Shown piece by piece: positions 39,601-51,340 of a stretch of 64,000 nt of DNA. Location of the stretch: NCBI GenBank assembly GCA_034780895.1, contig JAUZTB010000127.1, positions 27,467,021-27,531,020 of the forward strand, written 5' to 3'. Every line of letters begins with the position of its first letter. The first letter of the stretch is position 1. The translations under genes and the position numbers were made by a program. The notes under the pieces are model-generated. The model saw nothing but the letters and a program-made list of their open reading frames with translations. It ran no database searches and was not told the DNA's origin. This DNA is from Rhynchobatus australiae. Taxonomy: Eukaryota.

Positions 39601-42600
39601 GCTAGTGCTCCACATTTCACTAAAGCACACATTGCCTTTTAAGTCAATGAAAGGATTATTAATATCTGATGAAGTGCAGCAAAGTTTGCCAAGTTTGGAC
39701 TTGGCACCTCCAAAAATGCAGCATCTCCCCTCCCCCTTCCCTTCAGGGCTGTATTTAGAACTGAACCTCCTTTTACTCGAAGAGAACTTAGTCCTGAGCC
39801 GGGAAACAACTTTCAGTAAAATTGCAACAGGCAAATGCTGGCAAGCCCCACCCTCTGACAAGTAACACTTGCTCTGAGACACCCCATTTACCCCAAGCCC
39901 CAGAGCAAAGGAACTGGCTGGCGGTGCAAGCAGGGTGAAACCAGGCCACGACATTGATTCATCAATAATGAAATTGGGAACGGGTCCCGCAAAAAGTCAC
40001 TCTTGTTTAAAATGGTTGGTGGGGTTTATTTTGATTTAAAAAAGCACGTGCTCTTTATTATAATTCCGAATAGATAAACAAGGCTTCTGAATAGTGGCGT
40101 TCAGCAAGCAATTTTCCAAATGTGGAAAGAAACTCAGTTCACGGTTAATCCCAGCCAACGACACCTCTTTTTTTAAGAAAGAACCCTATTTGAAGCACTT
40201 CTGCTTCGCTCCAGATCTCCCAACACACAACGCCATTCATTCCACTGGGGGCAATCCCGCTGGGTTTGAGAGAATAGATAAATAACATTGCATCTTACTC
40301 TTTGCCACCTCGATTCAACATTTTCCATTATTGACATGGGTCTCCCAGTGTTCTTCCTCTACTGATATGAGAGTGCCACACAATCTTATAAATGCAAGAT
40401 TGTATTTCTACAGAATCTCCACTGTAATTGTGTATAACTATTTAACAAGACTTGACATTCAGTTTCTCTCCTCCTGGCACCTTGTCATAATGGGTAGAAC
40501 ACCACAAAACTTAGCTTAGCCACACACCACTAGTAATCGAGAACAGTAGTGGTAACAAAAGCAGCAACGAGACTGGGATGGGTGTGACTTCTTCGCCTTA
40601 TTATTTCATTTAGGCTAACAAGAAACCTTCGTAACAGTCAAATGTATATAAGCGCTTCAATGTGGTAGCATTGGTGCTTTGCAACAGGATAATCAGATAC
40701 ATATTTTACTCTGAATATTATTGTCGGGACAAATAAGTTTGATAGACTTGAAGGAAAACCTTCAACAAGAGGTTGGAGAGGTTTTTTTTGGGGGGGGGAG
40801 GGGGAGGGTGGCGATTTTCAGGTCTAGAGGTTGGGCTCACAAGCGGGAATTCACATCCGAAGCTTGTGAGCACAAGTAGATCCGCTTGGTTTGTGGTCTC
40901 CCCCATTGCGCTGGTGGCCCCACGGTCCACATAGGTACAAAGGTGGACAAATGCTTCTTAATCCAGGATGCGACAGAAAATCCGGGTAATGTGAGGAAGG
41001 AATTTCTGAAAACTTCCAGACACAGTGCCCTTGTATGGTAAGACTTGGCCGCTGCTTGTAGGCGCGTAAAAACTTGTCCTGAAACACATTCTACAGTAAA
41101 ACCCGAGCATCCCCGGAAGCATTCACCCGTGACTTTATGCCGAGGTACAAATAAAGGTGGGGGACCCCCATATGATATTTTCCCCTTATTACTTCCTGTC
41201 AAATATTTATCCGGGAGCGCTGCGCTGGCCGCTTAAAAGTCTTCCAAACGCACAGCAATTTTGCAAGTGTTACAGAACTAATGAGTAAGATTCGTTCCCT
41301 GCTTCCTTCTCACCTTGTCACCACAGCGCTGACGCTATGTACTGCACTACAGTACCAAGCTCTTGTTAATCGCTCCAGGCCACAGATGCTTGAGAAATTA
41401 CCAGTAATAATTGCCCCCATATTCTTAAGGAAATTAAAGCTAAACCTAATTGTGTTTGCGGGGAATAGCAGTGTTAGCCTGGAAAGACTGCATTTGAAAA
41501 TCGATCAAGCAGCCGCAAATACCCAAGCGCCCAAAACATTTTTTTTGCTCTATTATTTTAAAGCAAATGTATCGCCCAGCCCTCTGGCTCACACTAAAAT
41601 GTGATGCGCAGACGGAGGAATATTCCATACTCGCAGATTGACACGGCGCAGAAGGGGGTCGTTCTCCGATCTGCTCTTTCAAAAAATCCACTCTGCAAAA
41701 TTGAAAGTTCTGGAAATTTTCCTCAATTCCCCGTTGGAAGTTACTATTGGTCCTGCTCCCAGCATCCTTTCAGACGCTGCATTCCAGATCAGCACGTCTC
41801 TCTTTTGTAAAATGTACAAAAACCATCCGTTTGGAAAGAGGGAATTCAACAGTAAACGCCAATGCAATTGTGGACCCTGCATAAAATAAACACTGGGAGG
41901 TATGTTTTCTCTCCCCAGTAAGCACAAGGATCTCGGAACCCCATCATCACCCTCCACACAACCCTTCTCAAAATATTGATGAGTTTTCAGGCTCTTAAAA
42001 CCCCAGATTTGGAACCACCTCATTGCTAACTCGAATCCATTTCAACCTGGTGTTGTCTTGCACTGGATTCTGCCTTCATCTCGATTATATCTTGTGTTGA
42101 TATAATCAAAAGATAAAACGTGCAGCCGTTTTTTTTAAAATAAAAGGTCCCTTAACGCAAATCTGTGAAAGTAATTTGCATTATGGAGCTTCTTGGATTT
42201 CTCTGGCACAATGCTTCAAACTTATGGGCAGTGACCTATTTGCTTACTCCACCGTGTAAGTAACCCAGTGCATGGATTGGTCGATGGAAATATCCAGGAC
42301 GACACTGACGCGAAACTGACAGAGGCACTCCGCTACAAATTTGGCACGTTGCCAATTATTTTCAATGGTTGTAAACTGCGCTCTGTTTTTCGTAAAGGGG
42401 AAAAAAATTCAATTATACATTCGGCCTCAGCTTCAAAGCGCTTAACTAATCTGCTGCAATCAATGTACCTGAAATTGCCAGCGAAAATAGCGAATACCAG
42501 ACACGTCTGAGGCCAAATAATACTTCTGAGAGTCCAACCGCAGTTTATTTAAAATGGAGCAACCCCTCCTCCTTCCTCCCAACTTCTCGCCACATCTAAA

Positions 42601-42692
42601 CAATGTTTGGGAGGAGTGGGTTACAGGCTGCCAAATTATTCAATTCAATAGTCTTAAGAATTGGTCGCACCAACCCATTTGCACCCCACCAC

Positions 42693-42696
<4 letters not shown>

Positions 42697-42727
<31 letters not shown>
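42697..42727. repeat. (CA)n microsatellite
   Basis: Directly visible. Confidence 0.95.
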
Positions 42728-42730
<3 letters not shown>

Positions 42731-42969
42731 CAGTGAGAGACAGATCCTGCCTGACCTGCCGAGTATTTCCAGCATTTTCTGTTTTAATTATGAGAGACTG
42801 AGCGAGCCTCTACGGCAGAGATGAATCAGTAAGGCAGAGTCGGTTCAAAGTGGGATTATATCTATGGGTAAATTGGTTGAGTAAAAGTCTAGACTAAACT
42901 TTCAGTAGAAGCAAATAAAAGAAATATAAACGTAGAACTGTTTTTCTTAAACGATCTTGAACCTTCCTC

Positions 42970-42995
42970 TGTGTGTGTGTGTGTGTGTGTGTGTG
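42970..42995. repeat. (TG)n microsatellite
   Basis: Directly visible. Confidence 0.95.
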
Positions 42996-43047
42996 AAATT
43001 ATGCGGACAGTACACCTTAAAACGATTGAGAGACTGATATTGTGGTA

Positions 43048-43380
43048 CTGAAAATAAAAAAAAGATACTGCTGAAAAGACTGCGGGTCAGGCAGCATCCG
43101 TGGCGAGAGAAGCCGTGTCAATGACCTTCCATTCCAGCNNNNNNNNNNNNNNNNNNNNNNNNNNNNNNNNNNNNNNNNNNNNNNNNNNNNNNNNNNNNNN
43201 NNNNNNNNNNNNNNNNNNNNNNNNNNNNNNNNNNNNNNAGCCGTGTCAATGACCTTCCATTACAGCCTTCCACATTAACTCTTTTTTCTCTCTTTCCCTG
43301 CCCCCTGACTGCTGTGTTTCCAGTATTTTTGTTTTTATTTCAGGCTTCCAATGTCCGCAGCTTTTTTTGTTTGCTTTTGG
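43048..43380. mobile_element. Palindromic Penelope-end element spanning an assembly gap
   Basis: Left arm ctgaaaataaaaaaagatactgctgaaaagactgcgggtcaggcagcatccgtgg; right arm ctgactgctgtgtttccagtatttttgtttttatttcagg. Confidence 0.6.
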
Positions 43381-46300
43381 ATTGCAATACCGAACACCAG
43401 GATTGATTTCTGCGGGAGCGAAGGCTGTCTGGTGTTTCAGATTTCTTTGGGTTGCTTTTATCCATTGCTCAACCCCTACCAGTGACGGGCTGCTTGAATT
43501 CTGTCCGCGTCTGGAGATTGGTATCCCTTCCAGATCCTTTCAAACCCCGCTGGCTATTCCCATTCTCCTTCATATTTAGACAGCTCTGTCGGCACATTTC
43601 TCATGTAACACTGATAGAATACACAGCATTTGCCATTCGGCCCAACTAGTCCGTGCTGGTGACTCTACTCCAACCAGGCTATTCCCACACTACTTCGCCC
43701 CGTCAGCTGCTACCTTATATTCATTTCACCCTCTTGAATACATGTATTTTTATTGGACTCGTGGGTACAGACAGCACTATCCTTGAGACTGGAACAGCCC
43801 TTGAAATATGTATCTAAAAATGTGTTGGGCAGAAGCTTTGATGTTTATAGAGTTCGGTAACCACAAGAACAGGACTTTGTACCCTATCGGTATGATTTCT
43901 GAATACAGAAGAGGTGGGGAGAGGGATGAAACGTAACTCTTCCTCTTCCTCGATTAAAAAGCGCCTAACCTGATTATTCTTCAGGGTTAAACCTGCGCCA
44001 GGCAACTCCCATTTTTGGAAACGGCCGGGATGTAATTTAGTTACATCTGATTCATTTATCATACCCAATCCTCCGCCTGTGAAACTTTTTTTTATTCTGG
44101 GCACTTGATCAGTGAGTGCTAAGTTCAGGCTAGTGATCAGAGACTGGACCACGCTGTCTTATGTCCCAATAAATCACAGAGAAAATAGGCGCATACATTG
44201 CTTTCAAGTATGGGCAACGAAAACAAAACTAACTCAGAGCAGGCTAAACGGAGATATTGTTCGCACTAATGTCACGTCTTGGCTCAACCAGGTGGCGAGC
44301 AGCTCAGCCTTCTAACATGACGTCTTGTACCAGATGAGCCATTCAATTCCTCTCTTCTTTCTGCAGACGAAAATCCTGACCCCAAAACCCCAAATTTGCA
44401 ATGATCTGAAAGAATCCTCCGCCTGGCCGGCAAGGGTTAAAAGAGATCTCTCGGGTTCTTGGCAGTCGGTTTCACTTTGGTCTAAGTAAAGGAGCCACAG
44501 GATAGATTTCACCTGGCTCTGGTACCTTCGTGACCAAACGGTACATCCTTAAAAACGCCAGCGGAAGACCCTGCATAAACCTCCCGGTCCCTAATTACGG
44601 TGAAATGTATTAAAGGTACAGAGCGGTCTAAAGGGTTTCCACGTAGTCACAGCTCGGATCGCAGTATCGAATTTCCAGTTGGAACCTTTAAATCCAGAAC
44701 TGACGAGAATTTGAGCTTGTTAAAAGGGCACGGAACTAAAAAGAGGAACCGCTGTTTAATTTTTAAAATGCCTCGAGCTCATTACGGAGAAATGAGACAC
44801 GAAAAAGCGTACAGTGTCTTTAAACACCGGGGATTATAACGCACACTTTGCTACGCTTTTCTTTTAATATAGTAATGACATGCTAGATACGTTGATTCAG
44901 TAACAAATTTAAATTAATTTCTAGTGGTGATGACTAAGAACATGGTTCAGAGAAGTATGGTACTGGTTAATATTGTACTTTCCAAGGACACTGGCGAGGC
45001 CCGTGGTGCGTGTCCGCTGAAGGCTTTCACCCGTGAGCGATGGCCTTCAGCCGCTGAGTTGTCCTTTCCGAAGTTTTAAGTTTTAAAAAGTCGTTTTAAA
45101 AATAGAATTCTTGTGGCAATGTTAAGATGCAGCCGTCTTATCATGCCAACACACCTACAAATATCCATTCCAAGTCTATGTCGTCTGCTGGAATGTTTTA
45201 CATTACATTACCCACCCTTCCATCTCACAGAAGTTAGTTACACAGATTTTATGTTTTTTTATTATTTTCTGAGCGCTGAGTTCACATCAAATATGTTTTA
45301 CTTTAAGTATTTCCTTTTTCCCATTTCTACCTTCTGCATGTGTTTCAAGAGAATCGCCCAAACCAGTATGACTCGGAGCTACTTATTAAACTCTAATGTC
45401 GACTAAAATAAAGACGACCAAGTATTCTTAATTTTAATGCACAGCCACCTTCCAATGGTAAAGTCGTCGAACTTTTTAACGGAAACTTGAAACTACTCTC
45501 CATAATTTAATATTTTAAAACTCATTAAGGTAAATGCGGTGGACATATGGACAGTAATACCTACTGCTCAGAGTAATTATTAAACTGAAAACTTAAAAGT
45601 CAGTCGCATTTAGATGGAATGATTTAAAAAATTCTGCCCAAATCCACATTTTCTACAAGACAGTCGTACAATCGGACTAATTTACATAAAACACTGAATA
45701 TTAACACTTTGACTGCCAGCTGCATTATCTGGATTTGTTGAGCAACCTATTTAGTCCTAACTATAGTAACCAAGGAGAGAAACTGAGAATCAATAGGGTT
45801 TCGGCCTTGCCTACCAACACATAGCATTTCAATTAAAGCCTCCCTCCTGCATTATCGTGCATTTACCTCACAACTCAGTAGCTGGCCCTAGTAAAAAAAT
45901 AGTTAAAGGCTCTTATTTTATAAGTCTCAGTGTCACCGAAGAGCCCGTCAGACGTTTAAATAGCTCGATAGACCATAATACTCGAATTCCCGCAGCCCCG
46001 TTCACCACCGAGGGAAGTCCCAAAGAGCTGTACACCCAATAGATTATCTTTTCGGCTGTAATCGTCGTAATGTGGGGGAAAGCTTGACGCATTTAAACCG
46101 GGGAATCAAAAATGTTTCAGCGCTGGTTATATGGGTGCTTCAACTAAAGCCCCGTTCCTCCAAAAATACAGCAAACGATGCTAAAATCATCAAAGCTGCA
46201 ACCAAACTGAACTTTAGGCTTTGCAGAATGGTTACGGGGAGCAGAATCGCTGATGCGTACATGCAATCGCTGAGAAACCGGGAGAATTATAACATGGGGG

Positions 46301-46853
46301 AACTGAAACTATTTTTTAAATGGTCATTTGGGTTTGACAATGAGACAGAACGCAGCTTCAAAATATCACCAGTTAAACGCCATACAGCAGCGAAGATCTG
46401 ATTGTAAACAGTTAACGGTCGAAACTTTAGCAAATCTGCTGAAATGAATTAAGGACTGCACTTAAATATTAGCTATAATTCAATCTCTAGGTGGATGTGC
46501 TGTTGTTCCTTGGACTTTAGGGAATCGCCAACAGCTTGCAAATCATTTTGCCATGTTATATATACATATAGCTAGACATACTTATACCAATAAATGAATG
46601 TAGTTTCACAAATGTCATGTTTGGTGCTTTCTACTCGCTGCTCCACCAGTCTTTTTTTCACACAAAGGTGCACTTTCAATCTGCGCAATTCTAATCATCC
46701 CTAACAAGCGTGAATGTCAGACAATTTGCATGCTTGAGGGAAAAAGTAGTCAGCGAGGCGCAGCTTCCTCGAGAAACATTTACAATTCATTTAACCAGTT
46801 GGCATGGACCCTTAACAACACCTTCAATCCTCCCCCCCCCCACCCGCACACAC

Positions 46854-46877
46854 TCCACCACCACCACCACCACCACC
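46854..46877. repeat. (CCA)n microsatellite after a poly-C run
   Basis: Directly visible. Confidence 0.9.
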
Positions 46878-48402
46878 TTTTATCTCACAATGTAATGTCG
46901 AGATTTCCGCCGGTTTTTGTCTGGCGTTTTTTTAGAATGTGCCCTATGTATTACTATCAGTTTCCTGGTATAAACTTTCTAAAATAAATAAATCAACTGA
47001 GCAATGGCAATCTGGAACATATGTCACAAACTCCAAACAGAATTTCTATCCCTGTAAACCTAGCCCAAAGTTTTTAACTAAAATGTCTTTCTAACGAAGC
47101 GATAAAATGCACTAAAGAATGTTGTCTGCATTTATTTGTGTTCGATGCTTGTGTATTTACATACCAAAGGGAACCCATTTAGGGAGAATTAGAACTGCGC
47201 CTTCAAACAAAGGTGCGAATATTTGTTCGAATTCACCATAAAAATAGTTGTTTGCAATTTAATCCGATTTGAAATTCCTAGCCATCTAGATTACATTCAT
47301 TTTACTGCAAACTCCTCTTTCACATTATCTACATATTATCTATCTTCAACCTGGCGATGGGTTCGACCACGTTTTTTTCCCCTGCTTTGAAACTACCTGT
47401 ATTTTTGGATATTTGGGTACTTATACAGTAAATTGGCTCGCATTGAAAGCACTGGAGGGGATGTGTATCCAAACCAGAATCAAATGCTCAAATGTTACTT
47501 CCGAATCATCGCCGAATCAATGTAAGCTGAGGTACTAATACGATGGAGCACGTTTATCGTCTGCAGAGGTAAGATTCGAAAATAGAAAACCAAGGTCGTC
47601 CCAGGTAAAATATAACCTCAGCCCCGAATGTTCCTAATTAATACCACGCATTGTCTGCCTTCTAAAATGCTGACTTAATCGCATTTTAAAGTTAGAAGTT
47701 AGGCGTATAGTTACACACACACACACACGTATATATGCAGTCTATATACTCGAACCTTTTCCATCGGCCTCGCTCAACTTATTTAAAGCCTAGCATGCCA
47801 CCAATATGACCACAAGTAAGCCAAGGTCCTCTCGGTTACTGCTACGCAACAGCAAGCTCCGAGAGAACGACATTTACTTCATTATATTCTACACAGTTCA
47901 GTGTTTCTTGTCTGCCTGTTCTGTGCTGATTCCAAGCACAACAGAAAACAACACCGACTCACTGGAAGAAAAAAACATTTCGAACGCGCTTAACACTTAA
48001 TAAAAGGGGAAACTGCTTAGGAGCACCGGATTACAGTCAATGAGATCTGGATAGGGGACATTTGACCCGAAGTATTATTATTAAGAACTACATCCATCAT
48101 GTGCTGGCATAATTTACGTACTATATTGGTGCATCATTTGACAAAAAAAATGGAAGTTTACAGAACTTCCAAGCAAACTTTTTAAATCCTTGCAATCTCC
48201 CACACAGTTCCATTCTCTCCCGTCAATGGAAGGGCACTCATTTACTGGGCAAACCCTCGTGGTTTTGAAAAATCATTGTTTTTCTTAGAAAATACAAAAC
48301 ACAATTCCGTCGGGACTCAGATGTCTCAGATATAACACAGATTCGCCTTTTAAAAGCATTAAAAACAAAACAATTGTTAGCGGAAGAGAAGGCTCCACCT
48401 AC

Positions 48403-48604
48403 CCGAGTGCCCGTGAACCGAAACCGGCGAAGAGAGGTACTTGCCCGGGGGGAGGTGAGACCCGAGCGCCGAGCTAAGGTGGCCGGTTGAGGAAACGATC
48501 CGACCGCCTGGCCCGCCGACTCTATGCGCCTCCATGCCCAGCCCGGTGAGCAGAGGAGACGGGACGTGAACTGTTCGGTGATGGCCGAAATCTCTCCCAT
48601 CCAT
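48403..48604 (-). CDS. TNRC18: First coding exon (67 codons + 1 nt) of trinucleotide repeat-containing gene 18, a BAH-domain chromatin reader
   Basis: Translates MDGRDFGHHRTVHVPSPLLTGLGMEAHRVGGPGGRIVSSTGHLSSALGSHLPPGKYLSSPVSVHGHS-G. This matches the recalled human TNRC18 N-terminus (MDGRDFGPQRSVHGPPPPLLSGLAMDSHRVG...LPPGKY...HPHPG) better than the paralog BAHCC1 (MDGRDFAPPPHLLSERG...). Strong Kozak context (attATGG). Donor TCGG|gtaggt at 48402-48401 is phase 1, at the equivalent residue. Confidence 0.92.
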
Positions 48605-48733
48605 AATCAGTCAATGCGATTCCTTTCAACTCTGCTTCGGAACTAATCCCTCCTGTTTAAATTCAGGCTACTAGATAGTCCCAAGATTTACAAGCCTATT
48701 ATCAGGTTTTGTTCGAGCCATTCTGAACGGCAT
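48605..48733 (-). other. TNRC18: 5'UTR portion (129 nt) of the first coding exon of TNRC18
   Basis: Strong acceptor tttctctccccttcttgcacag|ATGCCG, with AG at 48735-48734, 129 nt upstream of the start codon. Confidence 0.8.
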
Positions 48734-50497
48734 CTGTGCAAGAAGGGGAGAGAAACATTACTTCAGTATATTCAGTGCAATTAAAAAAATCAAATCCATC
48801 TTTCAGGAACATTTTCCTACAATAACTCAAATTCGTTAGTAAACGTGGCTTTTATTAATTGAAAAAAAGGGAGAAAATTACATGTATGTTTCAAGTTAAA
48901 CTCAAAATATTTCCTCTTTAAGGATCGGCGTCATATTCAGCTCATGAGCCTTCGCTCTTGAATAGAAATTGTAATTTAAGTATACGTTAGAGCTCGGATC
49001 ATACAGTTTACAGCCTCTACCGATAGTTCCGTCTTTTTGTAAACAACTGCTCAATCACCTAGTTCAAATTCTGCCTGGCATTTCATTGACTAGCGCAAGA
49101 CATACCGAATGCTCGGAAAACTGAAGGTTGCCTTCAGTACGATTCTTCAGGACAATTATGCCATCGCTACCGCCCATACGACAGCAGAAAGCAGACAAAA
49201 AGGATTTTTAGGTCAGAGTAACCTCCCGAGCTTTATTTTAACTCCCGATTACTAAGTATATGGTCACTGCTGGCATATAGTTTTTTAAAAGCTGCCTAAG
49301 AGTAGCGTTGGCTATGCAAAAAAAACAGCAAACACATTGCCTCATAAAATTATAGATGATTACATTCTGAAGTCAATAGCTTTTCAAAACACTTCACAAA
49401 ATGATCGTCTTTTGAGATGTTTACAAGATAATAAGTTTAAAGCTATATTGTACATATTCTGGTTCAATAATTCAAATTAAATATATAAAATCAGCAATTG
49501 AGAAGTACTGATAGAGTGATAGCTTCTTTAGAGACAATATTTTGGCTCTATCACCATAGCCCTGATACGTACAGGGGAAGAGTTATTTTAAAAATAACAA
49601 TTACCCCCACCCCTTCGTTATCTAATTAAACCATTCCTATTCCTAAACTGCATTCAATACAATCGACCGATTCCTTTCCTCATTAAAGCGTATAATTGTT
49701 TTATCGTGATTTTTTTGCAGTTTCTAAAATCCCAAGTTCATTCACACCAGTCACTGTTCTCTCCTAAGACGCGATACTGAAACATGCTGAAACATGCAAA
49801 TACAGAACGCAAAGGTTCCAAAAACTCATCGGTTAGGCGTGTAAGGCATTCCAAAATATACTGCAAGAGCAGCAGACATTAATAATAACATCTTCAGATA
49901 GAACCGAAGGTATTTTCTGTCGAGAACTTTTCGCCACATTTGCCAGCCTAATCCTTTAGGAGCTTTGTTTTCGTATCCAGGCTTTGGCCAGTGTTTCACG
50001 AAATGGTTTAAATCTTGATTTTAATTAAAAACAGGCATTTGATCAAAGAGCACAATCAATTGCAATCCCCGTCTCCCGTGGAACACAAAAAAATAACTAA
50101 CCCTGTTTTTAGGGGGGGAAAAAAACCTAAAGCTTACTATGCGTCTACGTTTGTTTATTTTCACTTATCTTTTTAGCAATAAAATGAAAATAGATCTTTT
50201 TTTAAGCGAGTAGCACTGATCCTCTTAACTTGCTCTTACAAAAGATCCGGTCTAACTTCAGCAGAGAGTTAGACAGTCCATTCGACAGCAGTGAAATATA
50301 TAAGAAACAATCCCACCTCTATTCCAGTAACGTCTAGTGTTCTGGAGAATCTCACTTCCCAATCCAAACTTGTGCGAATGCGCCCAGAATAAATGTTTTT
50401 CACGGTTTGCGCGCCTTCCCATTACTTCACGTCTTACAAGCACGGTTCACTACCCTGTACAATAGTTAGAGTACGTTAGATGCGAAACTTTACTCAC

Positions 50498-50680
50498 GTT
50501 TATGGACGATTCAGACAGCTAAGTAGATTTTCCCCAGTTTATTTTAATCCAAGATAAAGGTGAACGCAAATTCTGGAATCGCCATACAGAAAACAAAATA
50601 CAAAAACCTCTTTCAACTCTAGCCAGTCTTCCAAACTCTCTTTTTTGCAATGAAGCACACATTGTTTCACCATCGCCTGC
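50498..50680 (-). other. TNRC18: Probable non-coding first exon of TNRC18 (5' end approximate)
   Basis: Donor AAC|gtgagta at 50497-50491, directly downstream of a CCAAT-box cluster and about 1.76 kb upstream of the exon-2 acceptor. The TSS cannot be determined from sequence. Confidence 0.6.
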
Positions 50681-50810
50681 CTCCTGTCAATCACCCCGTG
50701 TCAATAACTCTCCGATTGGCTAAAGGAGCTGCCAATCAATCAATGTAAACACGCCTCTGATTGGCCCGGGGCCAACTCACCCTCGCGACGTCCCTGAAAA
50801 ACCAATTAGA
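50660..50810. promoter_or_regulatory. TNRC18 core/proximal promoter: NF-Y plus PBX-MEIS/PREP composite
   Basis: Four CCAAT/ATTGG boxes (50715, 50732, 50760, 50802); perfect TGATTGACAG decamer on the minus strand (50684-50693) and variant TGATTGGCAG (50729-50738); FOX-type TGTAAACA (50744-50751); SOX-type CATTGTT (50660-50666); TCGCGA (50783-50788). No clear TATA box. Confidence 0.72.
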
Positions 50811-51239
50811 GAGCACAGGAGGTTTCAAGGCGATCCTTTGTACGGCATTGAACGATCACAATGGTACTCAGTATAGTACGGTTTCGAGGTTGCCCATTCT
50901 CCCGTGAATGATCAAAATAGTAATAAGAATCTGGAGAGGAGTTTCAAGTTCCCCATCTACTCAGCCTCGCCGTGTTGTCTCATGTTTTTTTTTCAGGCGG
51001 TTTCAAGTTCCTCAAGTTCCCTAACACAAGGAAAGGGACTAAAATAGTAATGAGCTCCCCGAGCGCCAGGGGAACAACCGTCTGAATGTTTGGAAGAGCT
51101 CATCTGAATATCTCCCAGGCACAATCGCGCCTCGAATGAAAGAAAAGCAACTTCTGAAGGACTCATCAGCGTTGTGTTTGTCTCAAATTGGCGACAGGAT
51201 CGAGATAGAAAGCGAGAGAGGGAGAGACGCCCAGAGAGG

Positions 51240-51340
51240 GGGAGGGGAGGGACAATTAATGCGGATTGACTGATGGCAGCAGCAGAATGCAGAAGATTGT
51301 GAATGATCAATGGAGCAGTAATGACTGACAGCTTCCTTCC
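51240..51340. promoter_or_regulatory. Second TALE/homeodomain motif cluster upstream of the promoter
   Basis: CAATTAAT, TGACTGATGG (51267-51276), TGATCAAT (51304-51311) and TGACTGACAG (51322-51331) within 90 bp, next to a GA/GGGGAGG tract. Confidence 0.45.

Larger units (their letters stand above)
1..48402 (-). other. TNRC18: Large intron downstream of the first coding exon of TNRC18, probably continuing past the left edge
   Basis: Starts at the gtaggt donor. By eye I found no segment encoding the expected next exon (human-like EAFLGSFVASGMG...QLWAAHAHEG). The region is dominated by repeats; unsequenced gaps could hide an exon. Confidence 0.65.

Noticed and set aside
39517-39954. 145-aa minus ORF in the CpG domain
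   Set aside because: No homology recognised and no convincing acceptor/donor pair.
48377-48604. Stand-alone 75-aa single-exon protein, or assignment to BAHCC1
   Set aside because: The last residues (RWSLLFR*) are intron read-through past the gtaggt donor. RTVH..PLLTGLGMEAHRVG matches TNRC18 rather than BAHCC1.
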